Below the pieces are notes generated by a model. It did not search any database. It saw only the letters and a program-made list of their open reading frames with translations, and was not told the origin of the DNA. From Synechococcus sp. (GTDB lineage: Bacteria; Cyanobacteriota; Cyanobacteriia; PCC-6307; Cyanobiaceae): a DNA stretch of 64,000 nucleotides. Both the position numbers and the translations under genes were made by a program. Numbering within the stretch: position 1 is the stretch's first letter; the number at the start of each line of letters is the position of its first letter. Location: NCBI GenBank assembly GCA_047285805.1, contig JBJBCN010000003.1, forward strand, positions 256,001 to 320,000, in the 5' to 3' direction. Shown here piece by piece: positions 37,778 through 49,041 of the stretch.

Positions 37778-39319
37778 AAGGTCTGCAGACCTCCAAATAG
37801 ATCCTATCCATGCCTGTGGATCCAGCAACACGACAACTAGATTGAATCAATGTATTTGACAAACGAGGAATTGCCAATATCCACCTCTAACACTTCAGAG
37901 ATAATCATAGATACAGACTCACTCCATTCTGACTCAGAAGACAAATATGCGAAGTCAAGTGCTGACCTGAAATAGTTCCTATCAGGCGTCGAAGTCCAAA
38001 AATCTCCGCTTTCAGGCAGATCCGCAGGCCAGCCAAAAGACCAATCCTTCCACCCCAAAGCGTTTCCTCGACAGTGGAAAAGCGCTGTTCGGACACCAGC
38101 AGCCAACCCCTCAAGACAAAGAGTGGAATCAACTCCAGCTACCAGGGAGGAGCTCAAAACACTTGCGTAAGCCTCATCAGTAGTTGATGGCACCAAAAAC
38201 TCAAAAGCATCACTTTCACCAGAAGCCAGGTCTTCGTAAAATTTATATTCTTGCAGTGACAAATCAGAATGTTCTCTTGAGGGAGACAAAACCCGAACCC
38301 TCAAGGCTCTTTCACGCGCCCACTCCATAAGATATTTAAACGCCATAGCATCCACCTCGAAGCATGATTCATGAGAAACAGGAAGACCATTCGCCGAAAC
38401 ACAAAATGGCTGGTTGCCGCCTTTGGGCCTTCTCCAAGAAGAAACATATGTAATTGAGTTCGATCGCCCCCTTTTATCTGACGACGCAGGCTTAGACAAG
38501 AACTTATTCAGTCGAAATGAACCCGTTAATTCAAAAGATCCCATCACATATTCAGAATAGAGATCTGCTACAGGCAAAGAAAAAACAAACATCTTGTCAA
38601 CGTAGTTCTTAATTCGATCAGCCTTGTCAATACTAGAAAATAAATCTCTGTTAATGCTTCTTCTTCCATTCTGAATAAACACAGTTTTCACATGCGGGAG
38701 CAAGCCCTTGAGCCGGAAAAAGTCCAGATTATTATCAATCGCAGTCAATACGACAGAAGGCCTGGTTACCAACAAAAAAACATAGTAGTATGACATGCGA
38801 AGAGGCATAGGCTTAATAACTCGGACAAAAAGAGCCGCAATTAAAACTAAGAGCCAAATCTCTTCCTTCCTAGTCGATAAGTACGCAACTCGATGCTCAG
38901 ACAAATAGCCATCAAAAATATCACTTGATGTCCTATCAAAAATGACTATGTCCGCACACTGCGGCAAAAACCATCTAAAAGCAATGTGGCTGCGGGAAAA
39001 CGAACATGCTTTTAACATAAGCCAAGATCTAAACTGCAAAATGCCAAGATCATCATAAGCATATAGCGTCAATACAAGTCAACAAGGAGAAACCCTCTCG
39101 AGGTGAACTCGAAACCCAATCAAAATAGAGCCACAAGACGCATTAACGCCTTATGCTCATGCGATACAGAAAGTCACTGATAAACTATTACTAGTAAATT
39201 ATTTGCTAAACAAAGCGATCAGCTTTATAGAGAGCCCATGCCACAAGGCAGGTCGCTTTGCATCAAGACTGAATCAATAGAGCGCAGACTCGTCAGTAGT
39301 TACTTGCTTAAGCGCACGT
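37778..39319. other. AT-rich single-gene islet D
   Basis: GC drop between the convergent DegT and photolyase genes. Confidence 0.75.
37837..39072 (-). CDS. Putative surface-carbohydrate biosynthesis protein (LA_1612-like)
   Basis: 411 aa (ATG alternative 39018); TAIDNN, KTVFIQNGRR, DSTLCLEGLAAG GT-B-like tail; family recalled from memory. Confidence 0.5.
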   Translation of the reverse strand: MTLYAYDDLGILQFRSWLMLKACSFSRSHIAFRWFLPQCADIVIFDRTSSDIFDGYLSEHRVAYLSTRKEEIWLLVLIAALFVRVIKPMPLRMSYYYVFLLVTRPSVVLTAIDNNLDFFRLKGLLPHVKTVFIQNGRRSINRDLFSSIDKADRIKNYVDKMFVFSLPVADLYSEYVMGSFELTGSFRLNKFLSKPASSDKRGRSNSITYVSSWRRPKGGNQPFCVSANGLPVSHESCFEVDAMAFKYLMEWARERALRVRVLSPSREHSDLSLQEYKFYEDLASGESDAFEFLVPSTTDEAYASVLSSSLVAGVDSTLCLEGLAAGVRTALFHCRGNALGWKDWSFGWPADLPESGDFWTSTPDRNYFRSALDFAYLSSESEWSESVSMIISEVLEVDIGNSSFVKYIDSI

Positions 39320-40774
39320 TCACTCAGAACCTTTCATGGATTGATACAAATTCTTAAAGTGTGCTTGTTGGTTCTTATGGCTCACGATTGGGGCTGGATA
39401 ACCGCGACGCTCCATTGGGGTGATTTCACCGCTTAGCAGATCCTTTGTATTCACGTGCTTAAGCTCCGGCAGCCAGCTCCGGATGTAGTCGCCGTCTGGG
39501 TCGAACTTGCTGGCCTGAGTCGCGGGGTTGAAGATCCGCAGGGGCTTGGGATCCATCCCGCTGCTAGCGCTCCACTGCCAACCACCATTGTTGGCCGCCA
39601 GGTCGCCATCGACCAGGCGAGACATGAAAGCGGTCTCGCCTAGGCGCCAATCGCAGATGAGGTCCTTCACCAAATAGGAGGCCACAATCATCCGGCAGCG
39701 GTTGTGCATCCAGCCGCTCTCATTGAGCTGGCGCATCGCAGCATCAATGATCGGCATGCCCGTTAGCCCATCACACCAGGCCTGATAGCGCTTGGAGTCA
39801 TTCTCCCAGGGGAAACGCTTCCACTGGGGCCGGTAAGGACCATCGGCGAGCTCCGGGAAATGAAACAGCGCGTGTTGGTAGAACTCGCGCCACGCCAGCT
39901 CTTGCTCCCAAACCTGAATCGACTCGCGCTGCTCATCGCTGCGGGCCAAGGCCTTCGCTTGCAGCGCCGCATCCCAGGCCTGACGAGGGCTGAGGGTCCC
40001 GAACTTCAACGCTGCCGAGAGGCCCGACGTCCCAGCCACTCCGGGCATATTCCGCCCGGGCTCGTAAGACAGCAGAGGGCCTCCATCACAGAAGGCCTGG
40101 AGTTGCCGCACTGCGGCGGCCTCACCCGGGCGACAGGGGCAGAGATCGGCTCCAGCAAAAGTTTTACCAATTAACCCTAGGGACGGCAGGTCTCGAAGCA
40201 GTGGCAGTCGCTCTGGCAGCTCGGCCCCATGGGCCAGAAGTCCCTGGGGGGAGAGCCGCAGCGCCAACTCTCCGGCCGCAGCTCTGCACTCAACCTGAGC
40301 AAACCAGTTGCGTTTGAACGGTCCGTACACCCTGTACGGATCTCCACCGCCCGTCCTTAGGGCCTCTGGGGCAACCAGGAGCTGATCCCAGTCCACCAGG
40401 ACCTTTTGCCCCTGGGCCTGCAGCGCAGCGGCCACTCTCCGATCGCGCTCACGCCCATAGGGCTCCACGTCACGGTTCCAGGCAACGACGCCCGCCCCAA
40501 TCGCCGAGGCCAATTGCGGCAACAGCTCAGCGGGGTCGCCATGGAGCAGCAGCAACTCACTTCCCGCCTGGCGCCAGTTGACCTGGAGTTCCTTCAGGCT
40601 CTCGAGCAGAAACCAGAGCCGCGCCGGCGCCATATCCGCCGCGGAGAGGATCGCCGGATCCATCACAAACACGCCTGTGACCGCCGGTGTGGCTGCAGCC
40701 GCTGCCGCCAAGCCGAGGTTGTCAGCCAGACGCAAATCACGGCGATGCCAAAACAGCCAACGCTCCGCTGCCAT
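39320..40774 (-). CDS. phrA: CPD DNA photolyase (full length)
   Basis: WHRRDLRLADN, TSGLSAALKFG, ELAWREFY, WMHNRCRM, DGDLAANNGGWQW. Confidence 0.93.
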   Translation of the reverse strand: MAAERWLFWHRRDLRLADNLGLAAAAAATPAVTGVFVMDPAILSAADMAPARLWFLLESLKELQVNWRQAGSELLLLHGDPAELLPQLASAIGAGVVAWNRDVEPYGRERDRRVAAALQAQGQKVLVDWDQLLVAPEALRTGGGDPYRVYGPFKRNWFAQVECRAAAGELALRLSPQGLLAHGAELPERLPLLRDLPSLGLIGKTFAGADLCPCRPGEAAAVRQLQAFCDGGPLLSYEPGRNMPGVAGTSGLSAALKFGTLSPRQAWDAALQAKALARSDEQRESIQVWEQELAWREFYQHALFHFPELADGPYRPQWKRFPWENDSKRYQAWCDGLTGMPIIDAAMRQLNESGWMHNRCRMIVASYLVKDLICDWRLGETAFMSRLVDGDLAANNGGWQWSASSGMDPKPLRIFNPATQASKFDPDGDYIRSWLPELKHVNTKDLLSGEITPMERRGYPAPIVSHKNQQAHFKNLYQSMKGSE

Positions 40775-41334
40775 CAGATCCCCAGCACTTGCTTGGCGCG
40801 GAACCAGGCGGTCACGCTCTTGCCGTCGAGGTACTCGTCGCCGCTGGCGATCAGCTGATCAAGTTCCGCTGGCGTCATCAACACCACCTCAAGGTCTTCA
40901 TCGTCATCCCCTGGAGGCCGCTCGCTCAGTTCCGTGAGATCACGGGCCAAGAACAGGTGAATCACCTCATCGGAGTAGCCCGGACAGGGCAACAGCGCAC
41001 CCAGGGAATCCCAACAGGTCGCGAAATAGCCGGCTTCCTCCTGCAGCTCACGCTGCATCGTGCTGAGCGGGGTCTCGCCTGGATCCAAGGTGCCGGCCGG
41101 AAACTCCAACAGCCGGGTCGCGACCGCAAAGCGGTACTGGCGCAGAACCACAACGCGGCCATCGGCAAGCACAGGCACCGCCAGGGATGCACCCGGGTGC
41201 TTCACCATCCCGAAGGTGCCCTCGACACCCATCGGGAGCTGCATCCGATTTACCTCAAAGCGCAGCTTGCGCACATCGAGGCTGGCCGTTGTCTCGAGCT
41301 GGCGCGCAGGCTCTGGAGCGGGCAGTGGCGCCAT
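40774..41334 (-). CDS. nudF: NUDIX hydrolase (ADP-ribose pyrophosphatase-like)
   Basis: EFPAGTLD...RELQEEAG Nudix box, QYRF. Confidence 0.85.
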   Translation of the reverse strand: MAPLPAPEPARQLETTASLDVRKLRFEVNRMQLPMGVEGTFGMVKHPGASLAVPVLADGRVVVLRQYRFAVATRLLEFPAGTLDPGETPLSTMQRELQEEAGYFATCWDSLGALLPCPGYSDEVIHLFLARDLTELSERPPGDDDEDLEVVLMTPAELDQLIASGDEYLDGKSVTAWFRAKQVLGI

Positions 41335-41378
41335 GGGAATGGGTTAACAAGCAATGCCATCAAGCATCGCAGTTGCAT

Positions 41379-41948
41379 CTACTCAACCCAACCAGCACTG
41401 GAGGCCAAGGGCACAGCAGCCTGCTGCTCGCTGATCAAGAGCTGGTCGAGCTGGGGCTGAAAGCCTGCGTCAAGGGCCACCAGTGGAGTCAGAACAAACG
41501 CCCGTTCACGCCAACGGGGATGGGGCAACTCCAACTCAGGGCTCTGGAGATGCAACGTCCCCCACCAGAGCAGATCCAGATCCAGGGTCCGAGGACCCCA
41601 GCGTTCCTCTCGCACCCGATGAAATTGCAGTTCCAAGGCCTGCAGCCGGCTCAGCAACCCAAGCGCCGCGGCGGCGGTGGGCTCAGGTGGCTGATCCACG
41701 ACCACCACCGCATTGATGTAATCAGGCTGGTTCGGTGGACCCCCGATCGGAGCCGTACGAAAGAGCGGTGACCAGCGCAGGGGCACCTCGCCCAAACAGG
41801 CCTGCATTTCGGCGCTCAAATGGGATCGCAACGCAATCAAGGTCTCGACCGGTCCGCCCGCAGCGCTGGGCAAATTGGCCCCTAGCCCAATTGCCAGGCC
41901 TTGATCAGCGAGACTGGCGCCCACGACAAAGTCCTCCTGCGTCTCCAT
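41379..41948 (-). CDS. folK: 2-amino-4-hydroxy-6-hydroxymethyldihydropteridine diphosphokinase
   Basis: [33 protein letters not shown]; start uncertain (ATG 41948 or a later GTG). Confidence 0.9.
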   Translation of the reverse strand: METQEDFVVGASLADQGLAIGLGANLPSAAGGPVETLIALRSHLSAEMQACLGEVPLRWSPLFRTAPIGGPPNQPDYINAVVVVDQPPEPTAAAALGLLSRLQALELQFHRVREERWGPRTLDLDLLWWGTLHLQSPELELPHPRWRERAFVLTPLVALDAGFQPQLDQLLISEQQAAVPLASSAGWVE

Positions 41949-44028
41949 GGTTGCAAGTGGTATTGCCGCCAGGGCCTTTCCCCTGGCCGCCATCACCGGC
42001 CACGGCACCCTGAAGCTCGCCCTGCTCCTGGCCGCCGTTGATCCGGGTCTGGGCGGTGTGGTTATCGCCGGCGGACGTGGGACAGGCAAATCCGTCTTAG
42101 CCCGGGGCCTGCATGCGCTACTACCGCCGATCGACGTCCTTGATGTCGGTGGCTATGGCCTAAACACCGATCCCCAGGCGCCCGAAGATTGGGATGCTCC
42201 TACACAGGCCAAGCTCACTGACCTGGGGGCTGACCCCAAAGGCCTGGACCGTCAGGAACTGCTGCCTACCAAGGTCATACCTGCCCCGTTTGTCCAGGTT
42301 CCCCTCGGCATCACCGAAGACCGTCTTGTCGGCTCGGTGGATGTCACCGCCTCCCTGGCCAGTGGTGAAGCCGTCTTCCAGCCGGGCCTGCTGGCGGAAG
42401 CACACCGCGGCGTGCTCTACGTGGACGAGCTGAACCTGCTCGACGACAACGTCACAAACCTGCTCCTGGCGGCCGTCGGTAGCGGCGAAAACCGCGTGGA
42501 GCGCGAAGGCCTGAGCCTCTCGCACCCCTGCCGCTGCCTGCTGATCGCTACATACAACCCCGAAGAAGGGGCCATCCGCGATCACCTGCTGGATCGCTTC
42601 GCTATCGCCCTTTCAGCCAACCAGGTTTTGGAGCTGGATCAACGGGTCGAGATCACCCGCAGTGCCATCGGCCATGCCGAATCCAGCGAGGCCTTCCGCC
42701 AGCGCTGGCAAGAGGAGACCGACGCCCTCTCCACCCAGCTGCTGTTAGCCCGGCAGTGGCTGCCGGATGTCCAGATCAGCCGTGAGCAGATCGCATATCT
42801 GGTGAACGAAGCCCTGCGCGGTGGCGTTGAAGGTCACCGCAGCGAGCTCTACGCCGTGCGCGTTGCCCGGGCCCATGCCGCCCTCAGCGGCCGGGACCAG
42901 GTCGAAGCCGAGGACCTACAAGTCGCAGTGCGCCTGGTGATCGCTCCGCGCGCGATGCAACTGCCGCCCCAGGATCCCGATCAGCAGATGGAGCCCCCAC
43001 CGCCGCCACCGCCGCCACAGGGTGAGGAGCCGCCAGAGGACAACGAGCAGGAGCCGGACGAACCCGAAGAGGACAACGAGAAAGAGGACGAACAGGACGA
43101 AGAAGACGCTCCGGAAGATCAGGCGCCGCCGTCGATTCCTGAGGAGTTCATGCTCGATCCCGAAGCGATCGCGATCGATCCGGACCTGCTGCTCTTCAAC
43201 GCCAGCAAGGCGAAGACCGGTGGCAGCGGCAGCCGGGCCGTTGTCTTCAGTGACTCCCGCGGTCGCTACGTCAAACCAATGCTCCCCCGCGGGCCGGTCA
43301 AGCGGATCGCCGTGGACGCCACGCTACGGGCCGCTGCGCCTTATCAAAAAACCCGGCGTGAGAGGGAACCACGCCGCAAGGTCGTCGTGGAAGACGGGGA
43401 CCTGCGGGCCAAGCAACTGCAACGCAAGGCCGGGGCCCTGGTGATCTTCCTGGTGGATGCCAGTGGATCGATGGCCTTGAACCGGATGCAAAGCGCCAAG
43501 GGCGCCGTCATTCGCCTACTGACCGAGGCCTACGAGAACCGGGACGAAGTGGCGCTGATCCCCTTCCGCGGAGAAGCCGCTGAAGTGCTCCTACCGCCAA
43601 CCCGCTCAATCACCGCGGCGCGCCGGCGTCTGGAATCCATGCCCTGCGGCGGCGGATCGCCACTGGCCCATGGCCTCTCCCAGGCCGCCCGCGTCGGTGC
43701 CAACGCCATGGCCACTGGAGAACTGGGACAGGTGGTGGTCGTGGCCATCACCGACGGCCGCGGGAATGTACCCCTAAGCCGCTCGCTGGGTCAGCCCCAG
43801 CTCGAAGGGGAAGAGCCGGTTGACCTCAAGGAAGAGGTCAAGCAGGTGGCCAGCAAGTACCGCTCCCTCGGAATCAAGCTGCTGGTGATCGACACCGAAC
43901 GCAAGTTCATCGGCAGCGGCATGGGCAAAGACCTCGCCGATTCTGCCGGCGGCAAGTACGTCCAGCTGCCCAAGGCCAGTGATCAAGCGATTGCAGCCAT
44001 CGCCATGGAGGCCATCAGCGGGGTCTGA
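41947..44028 (+). CDS. chlD: Magnesium chelatase subunit D
   Basis: [11 protein letters not shown], Pro/acidic linker, vWA DASGS. Confidence 0.95.
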   Translation: MVASGIAARAFPLAAITGHGTLKLALLLAAVDPGLGGVVIAGGRGTGKSVLARGLHALLPPIDVLDVGGYGLNTDPQAPEDWDAPTQAKLTDLGADPKGLDRQELLPTKVIPAPFVQVPLGITEDRLVGSVDVTASLASGEAVFQPGLLAEAHRGVLYVDELNLLDDNVTNLLLAAVGSGENRVEREGLSLSHPCRCLLIATYNPEEGAIRDHLLDRFAIALSANQVLELDQRVEITRSAIGHAESSEAFRQRWQEETDALSTQLLLARQWLPDVQISREQIAYLVNEALRGGVEGHRSELYAVRVARAHAALSGRDQVEAEDLQVAVRLVIAPRAMQLPPQDPDQQMEPPPPPPPPQGEEPPEDNEQEPDEPEEDNEKEDEQDEEDAPEDQAPPSIPEEFMLDPEAIAIDPDLLLFNASKAKTGGSGSRAVVFSDSRGRYVKPMLPRGPVKRIAVDATLRAAAPYQKTRREREPRRKVVVEDGDLRAKQLQRKAGALVIFLVDASGSMALNRMQSAKGAVIRLLTEAYENRDEVALIPFRGEAAEVLLPPTRSITAARRRLESMPCGGGSPLAHGLSQAARVGANAMATGELGQVVVVAITDGRGNVPLSRSLGQPQLEGEEPVDLKEEVKQVASKYRSLGIKLLVIDTERKFIGSGMGKDLADSAGGKYVQLPKASDQAIAAIAMEAISGV

Positions 44029-44916
44029 TCAGCGGTTGGCTTCGGTCTTCTCGGGATAGACCTCGTCAAAGAAGGCCCCAAGGCCAATCGCCACGCTGCG
44101 CAGGCCAGCCATGAAGCGCTTGTCGGAGGTGAGCTTCTCGATGTCACCGCCCACCCGGTCCATGGTTACGGTGAGCTCCTCCAAGTTGGAAATGGTTCCT
44201 TTGAGCTCGCTGAGAGTCTTGGGGTTATCCAGGGCCCGCACGAAGTTGAGGATGTGCGCTGTGGACGCGGTGAGGTTGTTGATCGTCGGCTTGACGTCGC
44301 GCACGGTGGTCTGCAGGTCACCGATCAAGCCCTGGCCGTCCTTCAGGAAGGCCGTGGCTTCTTCAGCTGTGGTGTTAACGCTGCTGATGGTGGACGAGAG
44401 CTTGGAAATAAGCTTCTCTTTCTCCGCCTGAACCAGTAGCTGCTGCAACGTCGCAGTCACTTGACTCAAGGTCGCAGCGCTCTTGCCCTGAATCACGGAG
44501 CCATTGCAGACGGTCAACGCCCGGATGCAGTTGATCGCTTTCGGCCCCGGAGTGCCCTTGGGGAGCGGCTTGATCGGTGCCGTCAGGGCTACCACCGCAT
44601 CCCCGCCGAGGAGCGACGCCGCCTCGACCCGCGCATCCAGAGGTTGGGGCAGCAGCAGATTGGGTTGATCGATATCGATCTGGACTTCCACCGCCGTGGC
44701 CGTCGGGGTGACCTCTTGCACATGACCAACGGTCACGCCGCGGTAGGTCACCGCCGAGCGAGGAGCCAAGCCAGCAGCATCCGCAAAGTTGGCCTGGAAG
44801 CGCCAGGTGCGATTACTGACCGAGACCCCTTTCAACCAGAGCCAGAACAACCCAGCCGAGCTCACCGCTGCCAGCAGCGTGAAGCCGACGATCGCTTCTT
44901 TCACACTGCGGCGCAT
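44029..44916 (-). CDS. mlaD: MlaD/Ycf22 family protein
   Basis: N-terminal TM, FADAAGL..VTYRGVTVG MCE domain, coiled tail. Confidence 0.85.
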   Translation of the reverse strand: MRRSVKEAIVGFTLLAAVSSAGLFWLWLKGVSVSNRTWRFQANFADAAGLAPRSAVTYRGVTVGHVQEVTPTATAVEVQIDIDQPNLLLPQPLDARVEAASLLGGDAVVALTAPIKPLPKGTPGPKAINCIRALTVCNGSVIQGKSAATLSQVTATLQQLLVQAEKEKLISKLSSTISSVNTTAEEATAFLKDGQGLIGDLQTTVRDVKPTINNLTASTAHILNFVRALDNPKTLSELKGTISNLEELTVTMDRVGGDIEKLTSDKRFMAGLRSVAIGLGAFFDEVYPEKTEANR

Positions 44917-44921
44917 GGGAT

Positions 44922-45731
44922 TTAGAGCTCCGCGGGTTGCATAGGTCCGCTGAGACTAGCCGTGCGGAACTGAAGGACATAGGGATTGGTTGTGGTCCGA
45001 AAGTCCTCCACACTCCCCTGCCAACGGAAGAGGCCGTCGTAAAGCAACACCACCCGATCGGAGGTGCGCTCGATGGTGCTCATCACATGGCTGACGACCA
45101 CCGAACTGCCGCCGGCAATGCGGGTGGTCTGAACCATCAGGTCTTCGATGCGGGTGCAGGCCACCGGGTCCAAGCCGGCAGTGGGTTCATCGAAGAGCAG
45201 CAGGGGGACATTCCCCCCAGGCTGACTGGGGTCACTGATCACGGCGCGCGCAAAGCTGACCCGCTTCTGCATGCCACCACTGAGCTCGCCGGGATAAAGG
45301 TCCTCCGTGCCAGAGAGTCCAACTGCTTCAAGGGCTTCGGCCACCCGCTGACGAATTTCCAGCTCATTGAGGCGGCTGAAGCGATCGAGCAAAAAGCCGA
45401 CGTTCTGCCGCACCGTCAACGACGCCAGCAGGGCCGGGTTTTGAAAAACCATGCGTACATCCGGCGGATTGCGCTGATCCAGCCGCAGATAGGTCTGGTA
45501 GACCCCGTGGATCTGCAGGCAGCCACTGCTAGGCAGGAGCAAACCCGAGAGCAGCCGCAGGATCGTGGACTTACCAGCACCGGAGGGCCCGACCACCGCC
45601 AAACGCTCGCCGGCATTCAGGGTCAAAGCAACGTCGCTCAGAACCGTGTTGCGGCCCCAGCGCACGCTGACGTCGTCCATAAGGACCACTGGGGTGGTGG
45701 ATTGCACCGGATCTTTCACGAATAGGGGCAT
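44922..45731 (-). CDS. ABC transporter ATP-binding protein (MlaF/Tgd3-like)
   Basis: GPSGAGKS, LSGGMQKRV, DEPTAGLDP; start trimmed. Confidence 0.9.
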   Translation of the reverse strand: MPLFVKDPVQSTTPVVLMDDVSVRWGRNTVLSDVALTLNAGERLAVVGPSGAGKSTILRLLSGLLLPSSGCLQIHGVYQTYLRLDQRNPPDVRMVFQNPALLASLTVRQNVGFLLDRFSRLNELEIRQRVAEALEAVGLSGTEDLYPGELSGGMQKRVSFARAVISDPSQPGGNVPLLLFDEPTAGLDPVACTRIEDLMVQTTRIAGGSSVVVSHVMSTIERTSDRVVLLYDGLFRWQGSVEDFRTTTNPYVLQFRTASLSGPMQPAEL

Positions 45732-45759
45732 CTTGGCGGTTTCTCCGTAACCTGGCCCC

Positions 45760-47187
45760 ATGCCGGCTCGAGGACACCGAAGAGGGAACCATTCGAGACC
45801 GCGCCCAAGCTGGGTCGGCAACGGAGACCTTCGGCAAAAAGATCTCGTCAGCCGCTCCAAGCGTGCCGCCCGTTGGCTACAGCCCGGTCTGGTGGTCAAG
45901 CGTTGGATGCTGACCTCTGGCGTTGGCCTGTTTCTGCTCTTTCTGGGGGCCGCTGTTTGGGCTGACCTGCAGCCGATCTACTGGCTGCTGGAGTTCATCC
46001 GCTGGTCCCTGGCCAACATCACCACGGTGCTCCCCCGAGAGATCACCGGACCGATTGTGCTCGTGGTGGGCGGTGGCCTGATCTGGCTTGGACAAAGCCG
46101 CAGCTTCGGGGCGATCCAACAAGCACTGGCGCCAGACCGAGACACGTTGCTGGTGGATGCCCTGGCGGCCAAGAGCCGTCTCAACCGGGGTCCCTCGATC
46201 GTGGCGATCGGGGGCGGAACAGGACTCTCCACCCTGCTGAGCGGACTCAAGCGATACAGCAACAACCTCACGGCGATCGTGACCGTCGCCGATGACGGCG
46301 GCAGTTCAGGCGTGTTGCGCCGCGAACTCGGGGTGCAACCACCTGGTGACATCCGCAACTGCCTGGCGGCCCTGGCGACGGAAGAACCGCTGCTGACGCG
46401 ACTGTTTCAGTACCGCTTCCGCGCCGGCACCGGCCTGGAGGGCCACAGCTTCGGGAACCTTTTCCTCTCGGCCCTGACCGCGATCACCGGAAGCCTGGAG
46501 GGCGCGATTACGGCCAGCAGCCGGGTTCTTGCCGTGCAAGGCACGGTGGTCCCCGCCACCAACGTCGACGTGAAGCTCTGGGCGGAACTGGCTGATGGGC
46601 GCCGCATTGAAGGGGAATCCCAGATCGGTCATGCCACGAGTCCGATCGTGCGGGTGGGCTGCATCCCCGAGAGACCTCCGGCCCTGCCGAAGGCCCTCGA
46701 AGCGATCGCAAATGCAGACCTGATCGTGCTGGGTCCGGGGAGTCTGTACACCTCCCTGCTACCGAACCTGCTGGTGCCCGAGCTGGTACAGGCGATCAGC
46801 CGGAGCAAGGCTCCGCGCCTGTACATCTGCAATCTAATGACCCAGCCCGGAGAGACCGACGGACTCAATGTCGAAGGCCACCTAAGGGCGATTGAGTCAC
46901 AGCTGGCCAGCCTGGGTATCCAACAGCGGCTGTTCTCCTCTGTGCTAGCTCAGGAAGATCTTGGAACCTCCAGCCTGGTGGAGTACTACCGCCAACGCGG
47001 AGCAGATCCTGTCGAGTGCGACAGTCGCAAGCTGCGCAGCCAGGGATACGACGTCACCATCGCTCCCTTGCAGGGGGCACGCCCCACATCAACGCTTCGC
47101 CATGATCCCCGAAGCGTAGGGTTAGCTGTGATGCGCTTCTACAAGAAGCACCGCCGGGACAAGGAAAAAACGCAAGCGCCTCAGTAG
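45760..47187 (+). CDS. yvcK: YvcK/UPF0052 family protein
   Basis: [39 protein letters not shown]. Confidence 0.9.
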   Translation: MPARGHRRGNHSRPRPSWVGNGDLRQKDLVSRSKRAARWLQPGLVVKRWMLTSGVGLFLLFLGAAVWADLQPIYWLLEFIRWSLANITTVLPREITGPIVLVVGGGLIWLGQSRSFGAIQQALAPDRDTLLVDALAAKSRLNRGPSIVAIGGGTGLSTLLSGLKRYSNNLTAIVTVADDGGSSGVLRRELGVQPPGDIRNCLAALATEEPLLTRLFQYRFRAGTGLEGHSFGNLFLSALTAITGSLEGAITASSRVLAVQGTVVPATNVDVKLWAELADGRRIEGESQIGHATSPIVRVGCIPERPPALPKALEAIANADLIVLGPGSLYTSLLPNLLVPELVQAISRSKAPRLYICNLMTQPGETDGLNVEGHLRAIESQLASLGIQQRLFSSVLAQEDLGTSSLVEYYRQRGADPVECDSRKLRSQGYDVTIAPLQGARPTSTLRHDPRSVGLAVMRFYKKHRRDKEKTQAPQ

Positions 47188-47729
47188 GCGTCCTGCATCT
47201 CGTAGAAATCCGGCTGGACATAGTCCTTGCGCAAGGGGAAGCCTTTCCAGTCTTCGGGCATCAGCAGGCGCTTGGGTTGAGGGTGCCCCTCAAAACCAAT
47301 ACCGAACATGTCGAAAGTCTCGCGCTCAGGCCAATCAGCACCGCGATAGAGCGGGTAGAGACTGGGAATCTTCAGATCGCCGTCACGGGCCAGGAAGACT
47401 TTTAGGCGAACCTCCTCTGGCTTGACCTCGGCGGGAAGGTGCTGAGAGGCGGTGGACTGGTCGGCCAATCCTGCCAACTTGACCAGGTGATAGAAGCTCA
47501 CCAGCTGACCGCCGGGGCCCTCGTCATAACCACCCTGGACTTGCAGGTAATCGAAGCCTGAAGCCTTCAAGGCCGCAGCGATGACGGGAAGGAAAGGCGC
47601 CTCAACGGCAATGACTTCAACGCCCAGGTGATCGGGATCGAGCAGCCGGTGCTCAAAACCCTGGCTGGTGAGCCACTGGCTGACGGGGCCAGCATGGGGT
47701 GTGGTGACGGCAGCGGTGTCCTCAGGCAT
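47181..47729 (-). CDS. ndhJ: NDH-1 subunit J
   Basis: [20 protein letters not shown]. Confidence 0.95.
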   Translation of the reverse strand: MPEDTAAVTTPHAGPVSQWLTSQGFEHRLLDPDHLGVEVIAVEAPFLPVIAAALKASGFDYLQVQGGYDEGPGGQLVSFYHLVKLAGLADQSTASQHLPAEVKPEEVRLKVFLARDGDLKIPSLYPLYRGADWPERETFDMFGIGFEGHPQPKRLLMPEDWKGFPLRKDYVQPDFYEMQDAY

Positions 47730-47734
47730 TGATC

Positions 47735-48484
47735 TCAGGCTTGATCAGCGGGAATGGAGGCTTTGGCCGATACACCCATGGGAAGGCCAGCAGCAGCCTG
47801 AAGGGCCGCCTGTTGGGTTTCAGCGCGCAGGTAGCGACCGTCCACGATCGGCTCGACCAGCTTCATCTCGTGGGCGACCGTGAAGTAACGATGTGTCGGC
47901 ATCAGGTTGCCGCGCTCTGAGAGGGCTTCATTGCCGACCTTCTTACGCAGCTTGACTACCGCATCGAAGATCGCCTCTGGACGAGGCGGGCAGCCAGGGA
48001 GGTAGAGGTCAACGGGGATCAGCTTGTCCACACCGCGCACCGCTGTGGTGGAGTCAGCCGAGAACATGCCGCCGGTGATCGTGCAGGCACCCATAGCGAT
48101 CACGTACTTCGGCTCAGGCATCTGCTCGTAAAGACGCACCAGAGCCGGAGCCATTTTCATAGTCACCGTTCCAGCAACGATCAACAGGTCCGCCTGGCGT
48201 GGACTGGAGCGGGGGACCAAGCCGAAGCGGTCAAAGTCAAAGCGTGAGCCGATCAGAGCAGCGAACTCGATGAAGCAGCAGGCAGTTCCGTAGAGCAGGG
48301 GCCAGAGGCTGCTGAGGCGGGCCCAGTTGTGCAGGTCATCAAGAGTGGTGAGGATGACGTTCTCGGAGAGATCCGAGGTGACTGAAAGGGCACCAACGGG
48401 GTTGCAGCTGGAATCGCGTTGATCGCGCAGGCTGGCAACCGAGAGGGCTTCGGACATGCCGGACGTGACAGAGGAGGGGGTCAT
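47735..48484 (-). CDS. ndhK: NDH-1 subunit K
   Basis: [23 protein letters not shown]. Confidence 0.96.
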   Translation of the reverse strand: MTPSSVTSGMSEALSVASLRDQRDSSCNPVGALSVTSDLSENVILTTLDDLHNWARLSSLWPLLYGTACCFIEFAALIGSRFDFDRFGLVPRSSPRQADLLIVAGTVTMKMAPALVRLYEQMPEPKYVIAMGACTITGGMFSADSTTAVRGVDKLIPVDLYLPGCPPRPEAIFDAVVKLRKKVGNEALSERGNLMPTHRYFTVAHEMKLVEPIVDGRYLRAETQQAALQAAAGLPMGVSAKASIPADQA

Positions 48485-48490
48485 CTCAGA

Positions 48491-48853
48491 TCAGCTCCAC
48501 TCAAGGGCGCCTTTGCGCCAGGCGTAGGCGAGGGCCACCACCAGGATGGCGATGAAAACCAGGGCTTCGATGAAGGCCAGCAGCCCTAAGCGGTGAAAGG
48601 CCACGGCCCAGGGATAGAGGAAGACAGTCTCCACGTCGAAGATCACGAAGACCAGCGCAAACATGTAGTAGCGGATGTTGAACTGGATCCAGGCACCCCC
48701 GATGGGCTCCATGCCCGACTCGTAGGTGAGATCCCGTTCACCCACACGCGACTTGGGGGAGACGAGCTTGTTGGTGACGAGAGCCAGCACTGGCACCGCC
48801 GCTGCAATCAGCAGGAAGCCGAGGAAGGCGTCGTAACCGGAGAGAACGAACAC
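48491..48853 (-). CDS. ndhC: NDH-1 subunit C
   Basis: GTG start 48853; [25 protein letters not shown]. Confidence 0.95.
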   Translation of the reverse strand: MFVLSGYDAFLGFLLIAAAVPVLALVTNKLVSPKSRVGERDLTYESGMEPIGGAWIQFNIRYYMFALVFVIFDVETVFLYPWAVAFHRLGLLAFIEALVFIAILVVALAYAWRKGALEWS

Positions 48854-49041
48854 AGGGCGAAAGCGGCCCAACCTGAGGGGCAGTCTGGCATCCACCTCTC
48901 AGGACTGGGACCGCGCTGAGAACTCACACAATCCTGGCCGCTGCACGGAGAACGTCTGAGAAGAAGCAGCCTGAACATGGATAAAGGCTCCTAGCCGGTC
49001 TTGACCTTCTTAGAGTCGACGGCGCCGATCAGTGGTTGCCA

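Noticed and set aside
42960..43140. Pro- and Glu/Asp-rich low-complexity repeat
   Set aside because: Normal ChlD linker
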